Positions 52,845 to 64,000 of a stretch of 64,000 bases of DNA are shown here, in pieces. Below the pieces are notes generated by a model, which did no database searches, was not told the origin of the DNA, and was given only the letters and a program-made list of their open reading frames with translations. Position numbers and translations under genes: made by a program. This stretch comes from Eledone cirrhosa (lineage: Eukaryota). The stretch is from positions 135,966,001 to 136,030,000 of the forward strand of contig OZ024742.1 in assembly GCA_964016885.1 (NCBI GenBank), written 5' to 3'. How positions within the stretch are numbered: the first letter of the stretch is position 1; each line of letters begins with the position of its first letter.

Positions 52845-55800
52845 TATATCTTCACCATATTAACCATCATTTTTATCTTCATCACCATATTAACCATCAT
52901 CTTTATTTTCATCACCATATTAACCATCATCTTTACCTTCATCATCATATTAACCATCATCTTTATCTTCATCACCATATTAACCATCATTTTTATCTTC
53001 ATCACCATATTAACCGTCATCTTTATCTTCATCACCATATTAACCATCATTTTTATCTTCATCACCATATTAACCATCATCTTTATCTTCATCACCATAT
53101 TAACCATAATTTTTATCTTCATCACCATATTAACCATCATTTTTATCTTCATCACCATATTAACCATCATCTTTATCTTCATCACCACATTAACCATCAT
53201 GTTTATCTTCATCACCATATTAACCATCATCTTTATTTTCATCACCATATTAACCATCATTTTTAACTTCATCACCATATTAACCACATCTTTATCTTCA
53301 TCACCATATTAACCATCAACTTTAACTTCATCACCATATTAAGCATCATCTTTATATTCATCACCATATTAACCATCATTTTTATCTTCACCATATTAAC
53401 CATCATCTTTACCTTCATCACCATATTAACCATCATCTTTATCTTCATCACCATATTAACCATCATTTTTATCTTCATCACCATATTAACCATCATCTTT
53501 ATCTTCATCACCATATTAACCATCATTTTTATCTTCATCACCATATTAACCATCATCTTTATCTTCACCATATTAACCATCATTTTTATCTTCATCACCA
53601 TATTAACCATCATTTTTATCTTCATCACCATATTAACCATCATCTTTATTTTCATCACCATATTAACCATCATCTTTATCTTCATCACCATATTAACCAT
53701 CATCTTTATATTCATCACCATATTAACGATCATCTTTATCTTCATCACCATATTAACCATCATTTTTATATTCATCACCATATTAACCATCATTTTTATC
53801 TTCATCACCATGTTAACCATCATTTTTATCTTCACCATATTAACCATCATCTATATATTCATCACCATATTAACCATCATTTTTAACTTCACCATATTAA
53901 CCATCATTTTTAACTTCATCACCATATTAACCATCATTTTTATATTCATCACCATATTAACCATCATCTTTATCTTCATCACCATATTAACCATCATTTT
54001 TATATTCATCACCATATTAACCATCATCTTTATCTTCTTCACCATATTAACCATCATCTTTATCTTCATCACCATATTAACCATCATTTTTTATCCTTAT
54101 CACCATATTAACCATCATTTTTATCTTCATCATCATATTAACCATCATCTTTATATTCATCACCATATTAACCATCATTTTTATCTTCATCACCATATTA
54201 ACCATCAGCTTTATCTTCATCACCATATTAACCATCATCTTTATCTTCATCACCATATTAACCATCATCTTTATCTTCTTCACCATATTAACCATCATCT
54301 TTATATTCATCACCATATTCACCATCATCTTTATCTTCATCACCATATTAACCATCAGCTTTATTTTCATCACCATATTAACCATCATCTTTATCTTCAT
54401 CACCATATTAACCATCATTTTTATCTTCATCACCATATTAACCAGCATCTTTATCTTCATCACCATATTAACCATCATTTTTATATTCATCACCATATTA
54501 ACCATCATCTTTATCTTCTTCACCATAATAACCATCATCTTTATCTTCATCACCATATTAACCATCATTTTTTATCCTTATCACCATATTAACCATCATT
54601 TTTATCTTCATCATATTAACCATCATCTTTATATTCATCACCATATTAACCATCATTTTTATCTTCATCACCATATTAACCATCAGCTTTATCTTCATCA
54701 CCATATTAACCATCATTTTTTATCCTTATCACCATATTAACCATCATCTTTATATTCATCACCATATTAACCATCATTTTTATCTTCATCACCATATTAA
54801 CCATCATCTTTATCTTCATCACCATATTAACCATCATCTTTATCTTCATCACCATATTAACCATCATCTTTCTCTTCTTCACCATATTAACCATCATCTT
54901 TATCTTCACCATATTAACCATCATGTTTAACTTCATCACCATATTAACCATCATTTTTATATTCATCACCATATTAACCATCATTTTTATCTTCATCATC
55001 ATATTAACCATCATTTTTATCTTCATCACCATATTAACCATCATCTTTATGTTCATCACCATATTAACCATCATTTTTATCTTCATCACCATATTAACCA
55101 TCATCTTTATCTTCATCACCATATTAACCATCATCTATATATTCATCACCATATTTACCATCATTTTTAACTTCACCATATTAACCATCATGTTTAACTT
55201 CATCACCATATTAACCATCATTTTTATATTCATCACCATATTAACCATCATTTTTATCTTCATCACCATATTAACCATCATCTTTATATTCATCACCATA
55301 TTAACCATCATCTTTATCTTCACCATATTAACCATCAGCTTTATTTTCATCACCATATTAATCATCATCTTTATCTTCATCACCATATTAACCATCATTT
55401 TTAACTTCATCACCATATTAACCATCATCTTTATATTCATCATATTAACCATCATTTTTATCTTCATCACCATATTAAACCATCATCTTTATGTTGATCA
55501 CCATATTAACCATCATTTTTATCTTCATCACCATATTAACCATCATCTTTATCTTCATCACCATATTAACCATCATCTTTATTTTCATCACCATATTAAC
55601 CATCATTTTTAACTTCATCACCATATTAACCATCATTTTTAACTTCATCACCATATTAACCATCATTTTTATATTCATCACCATATTAACGATCATCTTT
55701 ATCTTCATCACCATATTAACCATCATTTTTATACTCATCACCATATTAACCATCATTTTTATCTTCATCACCATATTAACCATCATTTTTATCTTCACCA

Positions 55801-57545
55801 TATTAACCATCATCTATATATTCATCACCATATTAACCATCATTTTTAACTTCACCATATTAACCATCATTTTTAACTTCATCACCATATTAACCATCAT
55901 TTTTATATTCATCACCATATTAACCATCATCTTTATCTTCATCACCATAATAACCATCATTTTTATCTTCATCACCATATTAACCATCATCTTTATCTTC
56001 ATCACCATATTAACCATCATCTTTATCTTCATCACCATATTAACGTTCATTTTTAACTTCATCACCATATTAACCATCATCTTTATATTCATCACCATAT
56101 TAACCATCATTTTTTATCTTCATCACCATATTAACCATCATCTTTATCTTCATCACCATATTAACCATCATCTATATATTCATCACCATATTTACCATCA
56201 TTTTTAACTTCACCATATTAACCATCATGTTTAACTTCATCACCATATTAACCATCATTTTTATATTCATCACCATATTAACCATCATTTTTATCTTCAT
56301 CACCATATTAACCATCATCTTTATATTCATCACCATATTAACCATCATCTTTATCTTCATCACCATATTAACCATCAGCTTTATTTTCATCACCATATTA
56401 ATCATCATCTTTATCTTCATCACCATATTAACCATCATTTTTAACTTCATCACCATATTAACCATCATCTTTATATTCATCATCATATTAACCATCATTT
56501 TTATCTTCATCACCATATTAAACCATCATCTTTATGTTCATCACCATATTAACCATCATTTTTATCTTCATCACCATATTAACCATCATCTTTATCTTCA
56601 TCACCATATTAACCATCATCTTTATTTTCATCACCATATTAACCATCATTTTTAACTTCATCACCATATTAACCATCATTTTTAACTTCATCACCATATT
56701 AACCATCATTTTTATATTCATCACCATATTAACGATCATCTTTATCTTCACCATATTAACCATCATCTATATATTCATCACCATATTAACCATCATTTTT
56801 AACTTCACCATATTAACCATCATTTTTAACTTCATCACCATATTAACCATCATTTTTATATTCATCACCATATTAACCATCATCTTTATCTTCATCACCA
56901 TATTAACCATCATTTTTATATTTATCACCATATTAACCATCATCTTTATCTTCTTCACCATATTAACCATCATCTTTATCTTCATCACCATATTAACCAT
57001 CATTTTTTATCCTTATCACCATATTAACCATCATTTTTATTTTCATCACCATATTAACCATCATCTTTATATTCATCACCATATTAACCATCATTTTTAT
57101 ATTTATCACCATATTAACCATCATCTTTATCTTCTTCACCATATTAACCATCATATTTATCTTCATCACCATATTAACCATCATTTTTTATCCTTATCAC
57201 CATATTAACCATCATTTTTATCTTCATCACCATATTAACCATCATCTTTATCTTCTTCACCATATTAACCATCATCTTTATCTTCTTCACCATATTAACC
57301 ATCATCTTTATCTTCATCACCATACTAACCATCATTGTTTATCCTTATCACCATATTAACCATCATCTTTATATTCATCACCATATTAACCATCATTTTT
57401 ATCTTCATCACCATATTAACCATCATCTTTATATTCATCACCATATTAACCATCATTTTTATCTTCATCACCATATTCACCATCATCTTTATCTTCATCA
57501 CCATATTAACCATCATCTTTATATTCATCACCATCACAATCATCG
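52845..57545. repeat. 30-bp minisatellite (catcaccatattaaccatcatttttatctt), about 155-160 copies with 27- and 31-bp variants
   Basis: Direct periodicity. Confidence 0.97.
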
Positions 57546-57753
57546 TCTTCTAATTTGCATCATCCTTTAATTCATGATGATGATGATAAAGATGATGATG
57601 ATGATGATGACGATGGTGATGATGACGATAATGTTGATGAAGATTATAATGATGATGATGGTGATGCTGGCGATGATTATGATGAGCATGGTTATGATAA
57701 CCATCCATCATCATCGTTATCATCACTGCTATAGCAACCACTGTTGCATTCGA

Positions 57754-57788
<35 letters not shown>

Positions 57789-57792
57789 TTAT

Positions 57793-57834
<42 letters not shown>

Positions 57835-57879
57835 CAACACCACTAATAGTAGTAGTAGTAGTAGTAGTAGTAGTCGTAC

Positions 57880-58222
57880 CATCACCACCACCATTATCAC
57901 TGCTCACGACGACGACGACGACGACGACCACCACCACCACCACCACCACCACCACCACCATTATCACTGCTCACGACCATCACCACCACCACCACCACCA
58001 CCACCACCACCACCATTATCACTGCTCACGACCACCACCACCACCACCATCACCACCACCATTATCACTGCTCACGACCACCACCACCACCACCATTATC
58101 ACTGCTCACGACCATCACCACCACCACCACCACCACCACCCCCACCATCATTATCACTGCTCACGACCATCACCACCACCACCACCACCACCACCGCCAC
58201 CATTATCACTGCTCACGACCAT
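57880..58222. repeat. Compound repeat ccattatcactgctcacga-(CAC)n, 7 copies
   Basis: Visible repeat. Confidence 0.9.
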
Positions 58223-58354
58223 CTCAACCGACATATTTGATTGATACTTCTGTAGATTTGTTGATGTATGAGTTATAATCAGCTTTTTCTTCATCCCTGT
58301 GGTACGGAGATAACTACAGGGTCTTATGGGAAAGCTACGAATTGCTGAATAAGC

Positions 58355-58388
<34 letters not shown>

Positions 58389-58408
58389 TGTATGTATGTA
58401 TGTGTGTA

Positions 58409-58439
<31 letters not shown>

Positions 58440-58636
58440 GTGTGTGTATGTATGTATGTGTGTATGTATGTGTGTATGTATGTATGCATGTATGTATCTT
58501 TGTATGTATATATATGCATCATACATATATATATATGCATACACATATATATATACATTTACACACACACATATATATATAAATATATATATACATACAT
58601 ATATATATATATATACATATTTATATATATACACAC

Positions 58637-58667
<31 letters not shown>

Positions 58668-58761
58668 CATATACGTATATATATATATATGTATATATAT
58701 ATATACATATACGACTGAATTATAACCATCAACATAGTCAAGGTATGTCAGGCATCAACTT

Positions 58762-58825
58762 ATTTTATCTGATGAGGACGTACTGTTGAAATAGCTCAGT
58801 ACCTCTGAAATATGTATAATAAAAT
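58762..58825 (+). ncRNA. Type I hammerhead ribozyme motif
   Basis: attttat-CTGATGA-gga(c)gtactg/cagtac(c)tct-GAAA-tatgta-TA-ataaaat, between TA-rich microsatellites. Confidence 0.8.
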
Positions 58826-58868
58826 ATATTTGATCACATGAATGTCTATATTTATTAATATTTTGAAG

Positions 58869-58929
<61 letters not shown>

Positions 58930-58930
<1 letters not shown>

Positions 58931-59108
58931 CTGTTTCTACTTTAGGAACAAGGCCAGCAATAAACCAGTGCATTACTGGTACTTTATTTTATCGACCCCG
59001 TAAGGATGAAAGGCAAAGTCAACCTCGGCGGGATTTGAACTCAAATCGTAAAGGGACATAACTATGCTGGAAAGCATGGCGTCCGACCCTCCACCGATAC
59101 TGCCAATC
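58930..59108 (-). mobile_element. SINE family A copy
   Basis: Reverse complement of the 22513-22691 copy. Confidence 0.92.
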
Positions 59109-59308
59109 CACCGCCTATATATATATAACGATGGAAATGTGGTAAGGAACCAGGTGGACCATAACGCACCAAAGTACTCAATACTTAGGGTAGTAGAGTG
59201 GGTAATAGGAACGAGTAGGACACCGACGGCTGAGCTCAAGCTGTTTCGAATTAGCCGTCGAAACGGCTTGAGCTCAGCCGTTCCTATATATATATATATA
59301 TACTCGTT

Positions 59309-59361
<53 letters not shown>

Positions 59362-59844
59362 CTACCGTAATTCTTGTCTTGGAGGACTTTGCACTCTCAG
59401 AAGTTATGCGCAGTGATTACCTTAACAGAATATAACCATAAGATGAAATTTAGAATAGAAACTAATTTCAGATTCGTATTCGTTATAGACGCTTTTGCAA
59501 TGTTCTGACAGATTAATACTGAAAATATAGTGGCCGGCGTAATTTGTAGGATACCGAAAAAAACTTAGGTATTATATTATTTTGAATGTAGTGAATGGTT
59601 GGATTTGTAGGATGCCGGAAAAAGTGGTTGGCATCTGAATTGTGAATGTGTCAGAATGTTGTACACACTGTTTTATTTCATTTTTGAGCATGTAGACGAT
59701 GTCCACATTCAAATAGTGCCAGACAAAATATCTTCTTATATTATAATGGTACGAGATTACCCGATTTGTAGAGTTCTGGATTAATGAAAATTTGATGTAT
59801 GCTATTATATAATCTTTAGAATGTCAGACGGATGGATTTTGTGT

Positions 59845-60046
59845 ATTGACCAAATCGACAAGGACGTCGGACAAAATGTTTTCGTCATTTGCTTTGGTTG
59901 TTTACGTTCTGATTTCAATTCTCACTGAGATCAACTTCGCTGTTTATCTTCATTGGCTCAATAAAATAAAGTACCGGTCTAATATTGGAGTCGATTTAAT
60001 AGTCTTCCCAACTCACCAAATTGCAGCCCTGATGCCTAAACTGAGA
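59845..60046 (+). mobile_element. Old SINE family A copy
   Basis: cgtcggacaaaatg...tttacgttctga...aaataaagtaccgg...aaattgc. Confidence 0.65.
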
Positions 60047-60234
60047 ATGTGATAGATAATAGGATTCATAGTATGCTGGATATTGAGAATGTAGTAGATC
60101 ATAACCTCTGCTTCAAGGAACTACAATACTTTCCATATGAAGAACAAAAACAACCAGTACAACCGTCATACGACTGGAAAAATACTTGTGTATAAAGTAG
60201 ACAAAGGCTAGAAAAGACTGGCTGAATCTAATGT

Positions 60235-60383
60235 AACAACGACAAATACCACTAAAACAGCAACGACGACAGGAACAAAGGCAATAACAATAACAACAAT
60301 AACAACCACAGCAACAACACCAACAACAACAACACAGACGACAACAACACAGACAACAGCAACAACAAGAATATTAGCAGCAG

Positions 60384-60414
<31 letters not shown>

Positions 60415-61009
60415 AACAACTATGACGACGACAACAACAACAATAACAACAACAACAACTATGACGACAACAACAGCAACAACAACTATAACAACAACAA
60501 CAACAGCAACAACAACAACATCAACAACAGCAACAGCAACAACAACAACAACTATGACGACAACAACAACAGCAACAGCAACAACAACAAGAACTAGGAC
60601 AACAACAACAACAACAACAACTAGGACGACAACAACAACAACAACAACAACAATAGACACATCTCCAAAAGTGACAAACTGTTGTAAGAAAGACTACAAT
60701 ATTAAAGGAAAAGACAAGACAACAAATGAATCAATATCATCATCATCACCACGGCAGCTGAAGCATCACTACAAACCCCACATTACCGGCAGCAGCAGAA
60801 GCAACAACATAAACAACAGCAGCAGTAGTAGTAGTAGTGGTAGTAGTGGTGTTGGTGATGGTGGTTGTTGTTGTTGGTGATGGTGGAAGTAGTGGGGGTG
60901 GTGTGATCGTAGTAGTAGTAGTAGTAGTAGTAGTGGTGTTGTTGATGGTGGTTGTTGTTGTTGTTGGTGATGGTGGAAGTAGTGGCGGTGGTGGTGATGG
61001 TAGTAGTAA

Positions 61010-61056
<47 letters not shown>

Positions 61057-61214
61057 TTTGTGATGGTGGTTGTTGTTGTTGTTGGTGATGGTGGAAGTAG
61101 TGGCGGTGGTGGTGATCGTAGTAGTACTAGTAATAGTAGTAGTAGTGGTGGTGTTGGTGATGGTGGTTGTTGTTGTTGTTTGTGATGGTGGAAGTAGTGG
61201 CGGTGGTGGTGATC

Positions 61215-61256
<42 letters not shown>

Positions 61257-61362
61257 TTGGTGATGGTGGTTGTTGTTGTTGTTGTTGGTGGTGGTGGTCG
61301 TTGTGGTAGTAGTAGTAGTGACGGTGGTGGTAGTAGAAGTGGTAGTAGTAGTAGTAGTAGTT

Positions 61363-61421
<59 letters not shown>

Positions 61422-61507
61422 GGTGTTGGTGATGGTGGTTGTTGTTGTTGGTGGTGGTGGTGGTCATGGTGGTAGTAGTAGTAGTGACGGTGGTGGTAGT
61501 AGAAATG

Positions 61508-61541
<34 letters not shown>

Positions 61542-61680
61542 CAGTAGCAGTAACTGTAGTAGTAGCAACACCACACACTGCCACCAAAACCCACCACCAC
61601 CGCAACCACCACCATAACTACCAGCAGCACCATCACCCCTACCATAACCATCATCATCACCACCATGATCAACAACAACT
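60235..61680. repeat. (AAC)n tract and compound (AGT/GGT/GTT)n repeats
   Basis: Visible simple repeats with a loose higher-order unit. Confidence 0.9.
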
Positions 61681-62082
61681 GAAACATTAGGACTATTTAT
61701 GGTAAAGCTATTATAATTCCATTCAACCAGATTATATCACTTCATATAGACGGAGAGGAAGTACAGCTGCGTGTATGTATGTTTGTATGTATGTACGTAT
61801 GTAAGTATGTATGTATGATTGTATGTATGTATGTATATATGTATGTATATATGTATGTACGTATGTATTTACGTATGTATGTATGTTCTGGTTTTACCAA
61901 TAGAGAGAGAGTCATTTTCTAACATAGACACAAGACTCATTGGAATTTACACATCAGCTAGGTAGATTATGTATGCATGCATGTGTAGATATACATGTTA
62001 TTGTATGTGTGGATGTGTATATTTTGAGTTGCATGTGTGCATGTGTATATGCTTTGTATCTGTACATGTGTATATGCAGTTA

Positions 62083-62650
62083 TTAGATGCAGCATTTTTG
62101 GAATGTTTTACATATTTTTACTGTTCCATTAATGGATTGTACTTGTAATTTCCTAACTAGCTGTGTTCTTTCTGTTCCTGTGAAGCCTAGCTTCTCAAGA
62201 TTTGTATTGAGACAGTTACTAACATACCCCAGTGCCCCAATAATCACGGGCAATAAATCTGAAGGTGTATCAGGGTGGAGTATCTGCAGATTTCTCATCA
62301 GTTCTGCATAAATATTCTCCTTTGATATTATATTGGCATCTGCTGGGCAGCTAATTTCCACTACCGTGAATGCTTTCTTCTCCCTGTCCCATATCATAAA
62401 ATCTGGGTGTTATGCCTGCATTTTATTGGGGTTTTTCGTGGAACATTCCACCAGTACTCTTTCATATTATGTATATGGATGTCTTCCACATTGCTGTAGC
62501 TTTTAATGTGTTTATTATCGGGGCTATCTTTTCTACGGATTGCATTGTACAGTGTTTTGGCCACTACATCACGCCTCATGGACCGCTACTGATGACATGG
62601 GTGATATCCTCGATGTTAATTCTGCAGAGTCTGCACTAGTTATCACATCT
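62083..62650 (-). mobile_element. 3' fragment of a restriction-like-endonuclease LINE (R4/Dong-like)
   Basis: CRLC...EDITHVIS...RRDVVAK...PDFMIWD...VVEISCP...KENIY..L...PVIIGALG, the cysteine-rich plus PD-(D/E)xK layout of RLE LINEs; frameshifted. Confidence 0.85.
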
Positions 62651-63081
62651 AGGTGTATGTATTAATGTATGTATGATTATATGTATGCATGTATGTATGT
62701 ATGTATGTATGTATGTATGTATGTATGTATGTATGTATGTATGTATGTATGTATGTATAATTGTATGTACGTATGTATGTATGTATGTATGTATGTATGT
62801 ATGTATGTATGAGGGTATGTACGTATGTATGTATATATATATATATATATATGTATGTATACGTATGTATGTATATATATATGTACGTATATATGTATAT
62901 ATGAATGTATGTACCTATGTATGCACGTATGTATGTATGTGTGTATGTATGTATTTGTATATGTATGATTGTATGTATGTAGAAATATATGCAGGTTTGT
63001 ATGTAATTATGTATGTGTATGTGTGTATTTGCATTCATAATAGTTTAGTAGTTGTGAGTATATATATATATATATATATAA

Positions 63082-63274
63082 ATTAATAAAAATAATGAAA
63101 TAAACACAAAGAACAAGTTCTTTATATTAAAAAATTCAACATTTTACGATCGTTTCTGGGATGTATATGTGTGTTGGTATGTATATCATATAGATCTATG
63201 TAAAAAATATTACAAATTATCCTAGGAAATATACATACTTTCACATATACATGCCGTCCTCAGAAATGATACAT

Positions 63275-63353
<79 letters not shown>

Positions 63354-64000
63354 GATAAATCTACCAAAAGTTTACGGTAGTGTCCAATTCGTATGAAGAA
63401 CTCAATGTAATCCGGATATCATGAAAAGAGAAGATGCATTCAAAAACTACTATCGGTGAAAAATAAACGGAAAACAGAGTCAAGATAATTTTAATAAAAT
63501 AATGTATAAACAAAGAAACAGTTCCTTATATTAAAAAAATTCATCATTTTACGATCGTTTCTAGGATATATATGTGTTAGAGTTGGTATGCATATTCTAT
63601 AGATCTATGTACAATATTTATACAAACTATCAGAGGGAATATACATACCTACACATATATATGCTGTCTTCAGAAATAATGATATTTGTTTATTGAAAAA
63701 AACAAAGATTCAATACAATATGTCTGTTTGGGAACAGGTTTTGAATTGACCAATAAAGAGATAGTGAGGGTCAAGATAGTAATATAGTAGTAGAAGAACC
63801 TTAAATTATGGGTAGAGGAAGGTAGATTTCAGTTTTGGATGGAAAAGAATATTATGAATGAAGGATTATTTTAGGGAAGAAATAGGTCTTATGCTGACCT
63901 CAGAAATAATTTTATTTGTTCATTGAATAAAACCAACAAAGATCTAATATATTCTGTCTGTTTGGTAAGAGGTTTAGAATTAACCAATAGAAAGTTAATA
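63082..64000 (-). mobile_element. Two 3'-terminal pLTR copies of the Penelope 1 family (63082-63272; 63351 to window end), each with a hammerhead (63140-63268, 63541-63682)
   Basis: Collinear with 11541-12060; 63351 begins with the same gtagataaatctaccaaaa terminus directly after (TA)n. Confidence 0.9.

Noticed and set aside
52844-57553. Long MVNMVMKIKM, ILTIIFIFIT and HHHINHH ORFs
   Set aside because: Translations of the 30-bp satellite, broken by repeated frameshifts

Overview
AT-rich, microsatellite-dense eukaryotic non-genic DNA, probably cephalopod (Octopus-like). The organism call is an inference from a recurrent tRNA-derived SINE and the microsatellite load. No intact host gene is evident; nearly all ORF-track entries are translations of simple repeats. 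Recognisable content: two degraded Penelope-like elements (PLEs; one with RT plus GIY-YIG, one with RT and pLTRs), a near full-length but disrupted Tx1/L1-clade LINE plus fragments, RTE, R4/Dong-like and mariner fragments, about 15 SINE copies, and 36-bp and 30-bp minisatellites. The main hidden signal is a set of type I hammerhead ribozyme (HHR) motifs in several unrelated non-coding families. The clearest is a 4.9-kb array of apparently identical 311-bp units carrying 15 HHRs, whose internal inversion falls within 1 nt of the predicted self-cleavage site. Most of these families sit in or beside (TA)n tracts, show head-to-head fold-back junctions, and carry a family-specific palindromic stem III. 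Several have very long stem II insertions supported by compensatory changes between copies. Together this looks like a set of retrozyme-like (possibly circular-RNA) non-autonomous elements mobilised by Penelope RT-GIY-YIG machinery. All folds were worked out by eye and none has been tested.
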